From an uncultured Gemmatimonadales bacterium (GTDB lineage Bacteria > Gemmatimonadota > Gemmatimonadetes > Gemmatimonadales > GWC2-71-9), in the NCBI GenBank assembly GCA_963825055.1, contig CAWGSK010000030.1, positions 1 through 64,000 of the forward strand: a stretch of 64,000 bases of DNA. Direction: 5' to 3'. Position numbers and translations under genes: made by a program. Shown here piece by piece: positions 11,701-19,666 of this stretch. How positions within the stretch are numbered: the first letter of the stretch is position 1; each line of letters starts with the position of its first letter. The notes under the pieces are model-generated. The model was given only the letters and a program-made list of their open reading frames with translations. It was not told the origin of the DNA and did no database searches.

Positions 11701-11911
11701 CGGGGGGACGCACCAGCCGGAGGGGCTGGACCCGGAACTGGAACCATGGCGGAACGACGCTGTCCGCCTGGGCGGAAAGCGTGGCCGGCAGGAGTGCCAG
11801 GCAGGACAGGGCGGCCAGACAGCGGCTCGCGCGAAGCAGTCGAGGCGAAATCAGAGTCAGGGGACGAGTGGGTTCATGAATATAGTGACGGCTGAAACCC
11901 CTTACAACCAA
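5783..11911 (-). CDS. sprA: Cell surface protein SprA (T9SS translocon homolog), ~2000 aa outer-membrane barrel
   Basis: Signal peptide ending TLSA-Q; SprA-like motifs YQGLEDEIVRRVEVG, IREGSEQITAGGRVLERGIDYSIDYDIGRVTFLN, AYLEEFE, LDTEDLNGD, WKLYRIPL, ELWVDDIRL; beta-rich C-terminus. Exact start uncertain. Confidence 0.85.
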   Translation of the reverse strand: MVVRGFSRHYIHEPTRPLTLISPRLLRASRCLAALSCLALLPATLSAQADSVVPPWFQFRVQPLRLVRPPVIDAPWFGAPRMLPAARAALWDSTLVATLDSARANRALTLRLQSIYGRTAADDRRDALAALQPQRQGFLGLSPKYADLTIDGSATLELRTDRTRNERCTAAALVDLSSGCRGGFTAPRLDNQFNILSGGVIGQRLHINIDYSSERDFTGRNDIQVYYQGLEDEIVRRVEVGTVTFRPPASRFITAAIPANNFGVNASFEVGPLQIQTIAAQQKGSSVANRTFTIGSEVTQPQDRLVRDLDFEVGRFFWVIDPSVVPGYPSLDILNLNRSNVPASSRPVQVQVYRYRAATSGSTINPNIGGINAVARREDSNQQQVAQWELLIQGTDYFLDASALWFVLSSRLDRNDYLAVSYITAAGDTVGTYPLVANQAVSDTLELIVEARQTPDKPTFRYEMRQIYRVAGADLDRNSLDVDLTVNQTKTPVSGQGTYLSLLGLAIPTDDNIFDVQNRLFPRIQDPGAEQVVRESYIVFPSLQPFASPQLAPQERSDSLYRTPEFLLLSEGPTAKFLLRLQYNAASTGDRSNLDLNALQIREGSEQITAGGRVLERGIDYSIDYDIGRVTFLNPDQLFGAGSTQVQARFEERGVFAIAPTTILGASTRYSLGRTGGVNLIGIYQFESSAYNRPPLGFEPSATLVGGINTDLTFQPNGITRLLDRWTTGGATAPSRLDVKAEFAFTKPDPNRAGAAYLEEFEADAGVPVGLRENQWQFGSRPQSAAGLDVEIPSFAAGFDSSAAVALTWQNFIPDGRGGAVEIRPQDIDTLIRVVGTGTQNETVMYLTLHADTAGGVVQSNNSSRWSLPSLPFTPRWRSMVTSLSSTGLDLSRTEFLEFWVFQPSTRSADSAGVRLVIDLGGVNEDALAIAPDSFTVSGADTTYTGRAYEGVGKLDSEREPTGIFNAAVDDIGILADRPDTLFEGGQPVIDLPLCARTLSTTVPIFPWGDLSGRCSNGNGVLDTEDLNGDNVLNANGAAENVLRYVVNLADSKYFVRDGVTAMDNQGRIAGWKLYRIPLSSPDATIGAPNRRLIQHLRVTVAAPPDNGAPDVVARFALARLKFLGTPWYRRAAAPIAGLAGATGQPQGEVATTVISTENQELGYEPPPGVVNQVNRKDGGRDVQGTQINEKSLRVLAQGLNAGDRAEAFFRFPAGPQSMLRYRTLSFWVRGRGPGWDSGELEAFLKLGADASNFYLYRQQASTTTWEPEGAIDLEVWRRLRADVESRYLKGQPPNGADCPGSDPNAYVACEGNYLVHILDPGINPPNLASVQEISTGIYRVSGTASPADTAELWVDDIRLEEPVSKVGTALALNTRLTASDVGDLSISYVRQDGFFQQIGTDPSYRTTGALQLSGAWRADRFLPTSWGLQVPVAATYSRDDVNPELLTRTDIRGDQLDGLRKPRSWSATYSFGIRRSARGQSFIMRNLVDPLAFNASLTRGRSQTELSSASSSASTYNLAYLNNLARSGPTLRLGGLVDLLPAFLRNGEFGKGLRANKVSLVPSNIRLTSNLTRNEGDLRSFLVPVERPDDNLRAPIRSLAHLWRNSAGVTWQPVGMMTMSADLSSTRDLRQYADSTPLGRLAGVSRRSLLGADVGVERDRQLATSLSLTPRIASWVRPRFLTTSQFVLSRSLTSRSPVREFGDSAGAFILPQTLNGARSREIGASIDVGLGLARVFGDSSFAARLTRRFRPFDWSNRLSRSSTFDLAAFDPGLGYQLGLGGREEFLKQEGSSALSVNETRTTTFQTGADLPLGVSFTTSYSRINSTRLQLIGNAYLPTLSLQREWPVGTLRFTQSLRNGPLSLVGLGMGFRKRVGSTTQLASAGSNARTATTSSTVTPDLRLGFRNGVVLSVSYNAVNQETENNGNLTQLEQDDITATANYIFRLPSSVSRLRKQVRASLTAVSRTSVNCLQRRDDEGCLTISDTRGRELRGSLNADISKIMTGGLNFGYSLNDARHLNRRISTIFLSITAQIFFYSADYR

Positions 11912-11924
11912 GGTACTTAGCCAG

Positions 11925-13490
11925 ATGCGACTGCTCGACCGCTACCTCCTGCGGCAACTGGTCGCGCCCTTCCTGTTCAGCCTGGCGGCGCTCACCAGCA
12001 TGATGCTGCTGAACCAGATCGCTCGGCGTTTCGGGGCCCTCGTGGGGAAAGGGCTGCCCTGGACCGTGATCGCCGAGGTATTCGCGCTCAGCATTCCGTT
12101 CATCGTGGCCATGACCCTCCCGATGGCCGTGCTCACGGCCGTCCTGTACACGTTCACGCACCTGGCGGCGGATAACGAGGTAACGGCCATTCGCGCCAGC
12201 GGAATCAGTATCCCCCAGCTGGTGGCGCCCGTGCTGCTGACAGGCATCCTCGTTGGCGCCGTGAACTTCGCCTTCACCGACCAGGTGCTCCCCCGCAGTA
12301 ACACCAAGCTCAGGAGCCTGCTGCTCGACATCGGCCGGAAGAAGCCCACCTTCGAGCTCCGGGAACAGGTCATCAACGACCTGGGCCAGGAGGGCATATC
12401 GATCCGGGCCACCCGGATCGACCCTTCCTCGGGACGGATGCGCGGTGTCACCCTGTACGACCTGGCCAACCAGACCGGCCGCCGGATCATCTACGCCGAC
12501 AGCGGCCGGATGGCCATGACCTCGGACGGGACCGACCTGAGCCTCCGCCTGTTCGACGGAACGGTCCACGAGTTCAAGGTCGCGGAGCCCGGCGTCTTCC
12601 AGCTGACGGATTTCCACGAGAACGAGATCCGAGTCAAGAACGTCACGAACCTGCTCGAGCGCAACAGCGCTGATGCCGTCCGCGGCGACCGCGAGATGGG
12701 CACGTGCGAGATGCTCGATGTCATCCGGAACGAGCAACGGGACCTGCGGCAGGCCCGCCTGGACCGGCGCTACATGACGTACCGCGACCTGCGCAACCTT
12801 CTCTCCCTGCCGACCCCGCCTGCCCCGCCCCCGGTCACGGTGCGCCCGTCGCGTGGCTACTGCACAGTGCTTCCCGAGGGGCTGCGGGTCCTGACACCCA
12901 AGACGGCTGAGGCACAGCAGGTGACACAGGATACGAGCCGCCACCGCCCCTTCCTGCGGCCACCGCCGAAGCTTCAGGCACGGAGATCCCAGGATACCAC
13001 GGGGCGGATCGTCGAGGCCGCGCCGCCACCACCCACCGCCCGTCCGCCGTACTCGGTCCAGGCCGGTGCCGTACCCATCAGCGGCTGGGCCGAGGTGGCG
13101 AATGCCGTTGAGCGGGGCCGTGCTGCCGCCAAGGGAGCCGACCGCTTCGCCGTCGAGGTGCACAAGAAATGGTCGATCAGCGTGGCCTGCATCGTGTTCG
13201 TACTGGTCGGGATCCCGATGGCGCTCCGGTTCCCGCGGGGCGGGATGGGGCTCGTGATCGGCGGCGGCCTTGGCGTCTTTTCCATCTATTACGTCGCCCT
13301 GATCGGCGGGGAAGCGCTGGGCGACCGGGACATCATCAGCCCCGCGCTGGGGATGTGGGCGCCGAACGTGATCTTCTTCCTCCTCGGCCTCTACGGGATG
13401 TACCGGGTCAACCGGGAGTCGGGTTCCACCCGCGGCGGTGACCTGGGCGAGTTGTGGGACAAGCTCATCGGCCGGTGGAAGCGCTCATGA
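11925..13490 (+). CDS. lptF: LPS export permease LptF (YjgP/YjgQ family) with long periplasmic insertion
   Basis: MRLLDRYLLRQ, LAADNEVTAIRASGIS, VEVHKKWSISVAC, GIPMAL, MWAPNV; paired with second YjgP/Q gene. Confidence 0.9.
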   Translation: MRLLDRYLLRQLVAPFLFSLAALTSMMLLNQIARRFGALVGKGLPWTVIAEVFALSIPFIVAMTLPMAVLTAVLYTFTHLAADNEVTAIRASGISIPQLVAPVLLTGILVGAVNFAFTDQVLPRSNTKLRSLLLDIGRKKPTFELREQVINDLGQEGISIRATRIDPSSGRMRGVTLYDLANQTGRRIIYADSGRMAMTSDGTDLSLRLFDGTVHEFKVAEPGVFQLTDFHENEIRVKNVTNLLERNSADAVRGDREMGTCEMLDVIRNEQRDLRQARLDRRYMTYRDLRNLLSLPTPPAPPPVTVRPSRGYCTVLPEGLRVLTPKTAEAQQVTQDTSRHRPFLRPPPKLQARRSQDTTGRIVEAAPPPPTARPPYSVQAGAVPISGWAEVANAVERGRAAAKGADRFAVEVHKKWSISVACIVFVLVGIPMALRFPRGGMGLVIGGGLGVFSIYYVALIGGEALGDRDIISPALGMWAPNVIFFLLGLYGMYRVNRESGSTRGGDLGELWDKLIGRWKRS

Positions 13491-14569
13491 TCGGGCGGAC
13501 GCTCGACCGCTACATCCTCGGGCAGTGGACCCGGATCTTCGTCCTGACCGCCCTGGGCTTCCCCCTGGTCGCAATCGTCATCGATCTGACGGACTTCCTG
13601 GACAAGTGGCTCTCCCGCGGCATGACCGCAGGGGAGATTGCGCTCGCGTACTTCTTTTCCATCCCGGAAAACATGTTCACCGTCATGCCGGCGGCGGTGC
13701 TCTTCGCCACGGTCTTCACCGTCGGCGCGCTCAACCGGAATTCCGAGTTGACGGCGGCCAAGGCGGGCGGGATGAGCTTTTACCGGGTGGTCCGGCCCCT
13801 GTTTCTCGCCAGCGCGTTGGCTTCGCTGCTGGCCCTGATGGTGGGCGAGCTCTCGCCCGGCGCCACGACCCGCCGCCTCGAGCTCCAGAAATCCAAGGAC
13901 ACCCGCTCCACGAGCGGACGCTACAACTTCGTCTATCGGGCGGAGGAGGGATGGGTCTATACCATTGGTTCCCTCGACGTGGCCCGTCGCCAGCTTCGCC
14001 AGCTGGTGCTGGAGCGCGCCGGCCAGAGCCTGGAATATCCCGCGCTTGCCGTGACGGCCGACAGCGCCACCTGGGATACCACCGCCGGCCGGTGGAACCT
14101 CTGGGGCGGGGCAAGCCGGATCGTGGCCGGGAGTGACCGGCAGGCCACCTTCCTCTTCGACCACATGCGGCTCCGCGTGATGCAGGAAGCACCCGCCGAC
14201 CTGCTCATCGAGCCCAAACGCCCCGAGGAGATGCGGTACGCCGAACTGGGGCGCTATATCCAGGCCCTGGTGCGAAGCGGCAACAACGTGGACAACCTGC
14301 GGGTGGAGCAGGCGCTCAAGCTGGCCCTGCCCGTGGCCTGCCTGATCATCGCCCTCTTCGCCGCTCCGCTTGCCGTGACGGCGCCCCGGAGCGGCACGGC
14401 CATGGGGATCGCCGTGAGCCTGGGAACGACCGTCGCGTACCTCCTGATGGCCCAGATCGCCAAGGCCGCCGGAGCCGGCAGCGTGGTGAATCCCGTCGCG
14501 GCCGCCTGGATTCCCAATGCGTTGTTCCTGACGGCGGGCCTGGTGCTGCTGGCACGGGTGAGGACGTGA
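13487..14569 (+). CDS. lptG: LPS export permease LptG (YjgP/YjgQ family)
   Basis: TLDRYI, LNRNSELTAAKAGGMS, PEEMRYAEL, KLALP, AAWIPNALF; ATGA overlap with lptF. Confidence 0.9.
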   Translation: MIGRTLDRYILGQWTRIFVLTALGFPLVAIVIDLTDFLDKWLSRGMTAGEIALAYFFSIPENMFTVMPAAVLFATVFTVGALNRNSELTAAKAGGMSFYRVVRPLFLASALASLLALMVGELSPGATTRRLELQKSKDTRSTSGRYNFVYRAEEGWVYTIGSLDVARRQLRQLVLERAGQSLEYPALAVTADSATWDTTAGRWNLWGGASRIVAGSDRQATFLFDHMRLRVMQEAPADLLIEPKRPEEMRYAELGRYIQALVRSGNNVDNLRVEQALKLALPVACLIIALFAAPLAVTAPRSGTAMGIAVSLGTTVAYLLMAQIAKAAGAGSVVNPVAAAWIPNALFLTAGLVLLARVRT

Positions 14570-14654
14570 CAGACCAGCAGTCGGCACATCGGCAAGTCGG
14601 GTGGGGACCCGCGCCCTGACTCAGGCCGATCGCCGGCTGCCGATTGCGTACACG

Positions 14655-14686
14655 AAAGGGCCCCGGGATCACTCCCGGGGCCCTTT
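14655..14686. terminator. Bidirectional intrinsic terminator
   Basis: Perfect 14-bp inverted repeat AAAGGGCCCCGGGA-tcac-TCCCGGGGCCCTTT between convergent lptG and TonB receptor. Confidence 0.85.
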
Positions 14687-14700
14687 TGTGGTGTGACGTT

Positions 14701-17700
14701 CTAGAACGTGTACTTCGCGCCCAGCTGCATCCGCCAGCGGGACGGGTTGATGCTGACCTTGTCGAGATTCGGCAGCGACAGGCTGTAGATACCCCGACCA
14801 TTGGCGGCATCATAACCGGTATACCGGAGGGCGGTCTGACCCTCGAAGGAGCTGGTCAGGCGCTGGAGGCCCCAGTCGCCGTCGATCAGGTTGGCCAGGT
14901 TGAAGATGTCAGCCGTGACCTCGATCGACTGGCCATTCCACGTGTTCACGAACTTCGAGAACCGCGCGTTTACGACGCTCGACCACGGGTTCCGGCAGCT
15001 GTTCCGCGCCATGACGTGGCCGCGCTGGCTCCGGAGGCACTTCTGGGAGTTGATGAATGCGTCCAGCGTGGCGTAATCGGCCGGATTGCTGAGTGTGATG
15101 TCGCCCGGGCCGCCCGGCACGTAGATGATGTCGTTCGAGAAGTTCCCGTCCGCGTTGGCGTCGCCGGAGACCATGTAGGTGAAGGGCGAGCCCGAGACCC
15201 CGACGTAGATCAGGGAGGCGCGGAAGTCGAACGGCAGGGTGACCGTGCCGCTCGCCGTAATCTTGTGCGGGCGATCGAAGACCGACCGGCGACGGATCCG
15301 GTTCGCCTGCGTGCCGTCCAGGGCCGCGAAGCCCAGGTTGGAGCTGGCGATGCTGGACGTCAGCGACATCAGGTCCCGCGTGTTGCTCCACGTGTAGCCG
15401 ACGGAGAACTCCAGGTTGTCGCTGAACCGCTTCTGGAGCTGCGCCGTGATGGAGGTCGAGAAGTCCCTGCTCTTGTTGGAGTGCTCGATCACCTGCCGGA
15501 AGTTGTTCGTCACCGTCGCGCGGGAAAGTCCGCCGGACCCGTTGGAAGTGCCGTACAGCATCCGGCCCTCGGCGTTGCGGCCGGTCTCGACGATGTTGAC
15601 GTCCTGCAGGTAGAACTGGTTCAGGGACTTCGTGTAGAGGAAGTCCAGCGTGCCCACCATCTCCCAGGGCAGCCGGTGGTCGACACCAAGGGCGATCTTC
15701 ATGTTCTGCTGGAACTTGAAGTCCTTGTCGAAGTAGTTGATGGTCGGCGTCGCCGCGACCGGCGGCCCACCACCGGCGCCGCAGCTCGTCGGCTGGTTGT
15801 CCGGATCCACCGTGAAGGTCGGGACCGCGGCGCCGGTGCAGACCAGGCTCTCCTGCTCCAGGCCCGTGTTCGTGAAGGCGTTGCTCATCCACACGTAGGG
15901 GGGCCGGCCGCTGAAGACACCGATACCGCCGCGAACCACGGTCTCGCCGGTGCCGCGCACGTCATAGTTGAAGCCGAAGCGGGGCGACCAGAGCACGTTG
16001 CCGCTCGGGAAGTCACCGGTGTTAATGCCGAGGTCGGTCACGAGCGCCGGGTTCGTCACCGGCTTGTCCATGATCGGGACGTCCATGCGGAGCCCCAGCG
16101 TCAGCGTCCACTGCGGAGTCGGCTGCCACTGATCCTGGAGGTATCCGCCCAGCTGCTTCACGTTGAAATCCGCGACGGGCCCATCGGGGCGCGCAGCGGT
16201 GGGCAGCGCAATCTCATACCGCGTCGCCACGCCGTTGGCGAGGTCGGTCGGGCTGTCGAAGCTCCAGACCCCGAGTGAGGCCGGGAAGAACACGTTGTTG
16301 AACTTGAAGAACTCGTTGTGGGTGCCGACGGTCACCCGGTGACGCCCGACCCCGAACGTGAGGTTGTCGGTGATCTCCAGGATGTCCTGGTCCAGCGAGT
16401 TCGCCTGGCTGAACTTGTCGGAACCCGCCGCGATATTGCTGCCGGCCGTATCGCCCGCCACAAAGATGAGCGGTACCCGGTTCGGGAGTTCGCGGGCGTC
16501 ACGCACCGTGGAGTAACCCAGCAGCAGCTCGTTGGAGAAGCGGTTGGCGAACATCGCGGTCCACTTCGCCCGGGTGCTGTTGGTCTTGCTGGAGAAGGAA
16601 TAGCCGCTGTTGGACAGCTGGTAGCCGTCCCGGAAGCCCGTGCGACGCGAGTCGCGGATCAGGTTGTCATCCGAGGCCTTGACGTAGTTGTGCGACACCT
16701 CCAGCTGGCTGTTGTTGCCGAGCTGGGCGGTCACCTTGCCGAAGAAATTCTTGTCGGGATTGGTCAGCTTCGGGGCCGCGGCCGAGCCCGGGTCGAACCC
16801 GTAGACGTTCTGGAGCACCGTGCGCACCGAGTCCGCACGGGCCTCACTGAACCCGGTGGTGGGATCACCGAGGTCCTGGCCCACGAACGGCGTGCTCCGC
16901 TCCTGGAGGTCGGCGGAGAGAAAGAAGTGGACCTGGTCGCGGACGATCGGGCCGCCGATCGTGCCCCCGTACTGCTTGATGTTGAAGTCGTCGATCTTGA
17001 GGTTGGCGGTATCCCGGCCCACGAGGGCCTGGCTCTGGAGGTAGCCGAACACCGAGCCATGGAGCTCGTTGGTCCCGGACTTGGTGATCGCGTTTACCAG
17101 GCCGCCGGCAAAGCTGCCCTGCCGCACGTCATACGGGGCCGTCAGGATCTGGAACTCCTGAACCGCCTCCAGCGAAATCGGCTTGGAGTTGGCCTGGCCA
17201 CCCGGCACGCCGCTCGCGGCGAGTCCGAAGAGGTCATTGTTGACCGCGCCGTCGATCTGGATGTTGTTGAACCGGTTGTTCTGGCCGCCGATCGACACGC
17301 CACCGGTATTGGGCGCCGTTACCTGGGGCGAGGTGACCACGAGGTCGGTGAAGTTGCGGCCCAGCAGCGGGAGACGCTGGATCGCGGAGTCCGAGATGGT
17401 CTGGCCCGGGCCGGTCCGTCCGCTGTTGATCAGCGGATCTACCGTGCCCGCAATCGTGAGCTCATCGAGCTGCACCACGGCCTGGCTGAGGGCGAAGTCC
17501 GCCGTGTAGCGCTGGCCGAGCGCGAGTTGCAGTTCCGTCTTCCTGCCCGGCTCGAACCCGATGGCCCGGGCCTCGATGGTGTAGGGCCCGCCGACCGGCA
17601 CGTTCTCGAAGAAATAGCGCCCGTTGTTCCGGGTCGTCGTCTGGAAGTGCTGACCGGTGGAATTGTTGGTGATGACGACCGACGCGTTCTCGATGGGCGT

Positions 17701-17835
17701 GCCAGCGCCCTGGTCGCGTACGACGCCCTGCACGGCCGCCGTAGTCACGCCCTGGGCATGGAGCGGCGTGACAAGCAGGGCAGCCAGGCCCAGTCCGGCG
17801 AGCATGCGGACAAACCGACGATGCCAGCGTTGCAT
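14701..17835 (-). CDS. TonB-dependent receptor (Oar-like) with N-terminal carboxypeptidase-regulatory-like domain
   Basis: Signal peptide PLHA-Q; LPLLGRNFTDLV, NNIQIDG, ISLEAVQEFQI..PYDVRQG..GGLVNAITKSGTN, SPRFGFNYD, C-terminal MQLGAKYTF; RBS GAGGAG before ATG 17835. Confidence 0.92.
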   Translation of the reverse strand: MQRWHRRFVRMLAGLGLAALLVTPLHAQGVTTAAVQGVVRDQGAGTPIENASVVITNNSTGQHFQTTTRNNGRYFFENVPVGGPYTIEARAIGFEPGRKTELQLALGQRYTADFALSQAVVQLDELTIAGTVDPLINSGRTGPGQTISDSAIQRLPLLGRNFTDLVVTSPQVTAPNTGGVSIGGQNNRFNNIQIDGAVNNDLFGLAASGVPGGQANSKPISLEAVQEFQILTAPYDVRQGSFAGGLVNAITKSGTNELHGSVFGYLQSQALVGRDTANLKIDDFNIKQYGGTIGGPIVRDQVHFFLSADLQERSTPFVGQDLGDPTTGFSEARADSVRTVLQNVYGFDPGSAAAPKLTNPDKNFFGKVTAQLGNNSQLEVSHNYVKASDDNLIRDSRRTGFRDGYQLSNSGYSFSSKTNSTRAKWTAMFANRFSNELLLGYSTVRDARELPNRVPLIFVAGDTAGSNIAAGSDKFSQANSLDQDILEITDNLTFGVGRHRVTVGTHNEFFKFNNVFFPASLGVWSFDSPTDLANGVATRYEIALPTAARPDGPVADFNVKQLGGYLQDQWQPTPQWTLTLGLRMDVPIMDKPVTNPALVTDLGINTGDFPSGNVLWSPRFGFNYDVRGTGETVVRGGIGVFSGRPPYVWMSNAFTNTGLEQESLVCTGAAVPTFTVDPDNQPTSCGAGGGPPVAATPTINYFDKDFKFQQNMKIALGVDHRLPWEMVGTLDFLYTKSLNQFYLQDVNIVETGRNAEGRMLYGTSNGSGGLSRATVTNNFRQVIEHSNKSRDFSTSITAQLQKRFSDNLEFSVGYTWSNTRDLMSLTSSIASSNLGFAALDGTQANRIRRRSVFDRPHKITASGTVTLPFDFRASLIYVGVSGSPFTYMVSGDANADGNFSNDIIYVPGGPGDITLSNPADYATLDAFINSQKCLRSQRGHVMARNSCRNPWSSVVNARFSKFVNTWNGQSIEVTADIFNLANLIDGDWGLQRLTSSFEGQTALRYTGYDAANGRGIYSLSLPNLDKVSINPSRWRMQLGAKYTF

Positions 17836-18019
17836 GAGGCTCTCCTCACCCCGGTAGGAAGCACGAAGCCCACAGCGCCGCCGAGGGGATCGGCAGTGGG
17901 ACGACACCGGAAGAACCGGTGGTACACTCATACCGTTTTCTTTCGATTGGTGCATCAGGCAATCAGGTTAGAACTCCGTGAAGCCACAGCCGGCCGGGCC
18001 GGCCATCGGAATCGGCCCG

Positions 18020-18048
18020 AAGATACGTTCCGGTACCGTCCGGTTCAA
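18020..18048 (-). promoter_or_regulatory. Putative sigma70 promoter for the TonB receptor
   Basis: Minus strand TTGAAC-N17-TATCTT, ~180 nt upstream of the start codon. Confidence 0.5.
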
Positions 18049-18065
18049 GCAGGAATTTCCCCGCG

Positions 18066-19418
18066 TTACCCGGCCTTTACCCTGGCCTCCCAGAAGCGCC
18101 AGCCATAGTAGACCGGCACTCCGGCGGCTGTAATGCCCAGCGTCCAGAGGGTGTTCAGTGTGTCCGTCACCAGTGCGTTCACCACCATGGCCACGGAGGC
18201 CACGAGGAAGAGCAGCGGCACGACCGGGTAACCCCAAGTCTTGTAAGGCCTTTTCAGGTCCGGGCGCGTCCGGCGGAGCACGAACACCGCCGCCACCGCC
18301 AGCGCGTAGAAGGGCCAGATGCCGAGGATGAACTTGTCGGCAAGTTCCTTGAAGTTATTGAAGAGAACGTACAGGACGCCCAGGGTGGTCGCGAGCCAGA
18401 TCGCCACCGAGGGGCTCTGGAACCGCGGGGATACCCGGGCGATTCCCCTGAAGAAGAGCCCCCGGTCCGCCATGGCGAAGAAGATCCGGGGACCGGTCAT
18501 CATGCTGCCATTGAGTGCCCCGAACGCCGAAACCATGACCACCCCGGCGATGACGGCCGCTCCACGTGAGCCCAGCAGGGGGATCCGTTCCGCCGCGGTA
18601 GTGGTGATCAGCGGGGACTGGGCCATCTCGGGAAGGGGGACCAGGTAGATGTAGGCGACGTTCAGCAGCAGGTACACCAGGACGATCATCGCCGTCCCGA
18701 TGATCAGGGCCAGTGGAAGGGTCCGCGCGGGGTCCCGGACCTCCCCCCCCATGAAGGAGAGGTCCCCCCAGCCGTCGTAGGTCCACATGATGGGAATAAG
18801 TGCTGTCGCCATGAGCGAGAGATTGAGGCCCGCCGGAAAGGCCGGGGCGAAATGGGCCGTACTCCCGTCGCCCACGCTGAATGCCAGCGCCGCCAGCGCC
18901 GCCAGCGCCCCGTACTTGGCGACGGTGATCAGGTTCATCACCACCGCGGCGTAGTTGACCCCCAGATAGTTGAACAGGCCCACGACCACAACGGCCCCCG
19001 CCGCGAACCAGTGCACCTGCGCCGGGCTCAGGTCGGCGAAGTATCCCAGGTACTCGGCAAAGAGAGTCGCAATCGCCCCAAGCGCCGAGGCCCGGATGAC
19101 AGCCATCTCGCTCCAGCCGAAGAGAAACGCCGGCAACGGCCCGAAAGCCTCGAGGATGTAGGCGAAGACGCCGCCCGAGCGGGGAAGCGAGGCGGCCAGT
19201 TCGGCGAAGGTCAGTGCCCCGAACAGCGCGATCAGGCCGCCCAGCACCCAGCCGAGCAGAACCGGGCCGGAATAGGAAAGCTGGCCCGCCACCACCGCAG
19301 GAACGCGGAAAATCCCGCTGCCGATGGTCGAACCCACCAGGACAGCGATCGCGCTCCACAACCCCAGGTTGCGGGGCAGCCGCTCTCCCCAGGCATCTCG
19401 TTCCAGTTCGACGCTCAT
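18066..19418 (-). CDS. APC-family amino acid permease
   Basis: GSTIGSGIF, FAELAASLPRSGG, WTYDGW, GGEVRDPARTLP, RPYKTWGYP; ~12 hydrophobic segments. Confidence 0.93.
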   Translation of the reverse strand: MSVELERDAWGERLPRNLGLWSAIAVLVGSTIGSGIFRVPAVVAGQLSYSGPVLLGWVLGGLIALFGALTFAELAASLPRSGGVFAYILEAFGPLPAFLFGWSEMAVIRASALGAIATLFAEYLGYFADLSPAQVHWFAAGAVVVVGLFNYLGVNYAAVVMNLITVAKYGALAALAALAFSVGDGSTAHFAPAFPAGLNLSLMATALIPIMWTYDGWGDLSFMGGEVRDPARTLPLALIIGTAMIVLVYLLLNVAYIYLVPLPEMAQSPLITTTAAERIPLLGSRGAAVIAGVVMVSAFGALNGSMMTGPRIFFAMADRGLFFRGIARVSPRFQSPSVAIWLATTLGVLYVLFNNFKELADKFILGIWPFYALAVAAVFVLRRTRPDLKRPYKTWGYPVVPLLFLVASVAMVVNALVTDTLNTLWTLGITAAGVPVYYGWRFWEARVKAG

Positions 19419-19442
19419 TTTGGACGGATCCTCGTGGGGGAC

Positions 19443-19490
19443 GGGGTCAGGAGGTCAGGAAGTCGGGAGGTCGGGCACTCGGGAAGCGGG
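19443..19490. repeat. Degenerate 8-bp tandem repeat
   Basis: ggggtcag gaggtcag gaagtcgg gaggtcgg gcactcgg gaagcggg. Confidence 0.65.
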
Positions 19491-19666
19491 AGTTTGTTGC
19501 CTGACCCTGAACGAAGAGGGAAAGCGGCATTATCTTAGACGCCTGCCCGAACCGGGTCCGGCGTAAGGTGGCGCCGACACTATCCGTTGACAAGGTACGG
19601 CGGCGCGGGCCCCGCACTGCCACGGCCGGGGCATGTTGCCATTCGGACACCATGGAGCAAGACGTA

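Noticed and set aside
17944..17954. 11-mer TGCACCAATCG shared with the palindrome at 53305-53315
   Set aside because: One shared 11-mer among several kb of intergenic DNA is expected by chance, and this copy is not palindromic
19587..19615. TTGACA upstream of the ctaA-ctaB fusion
   Set aside because: No acceptable -10 element at 16-18 bp spacing
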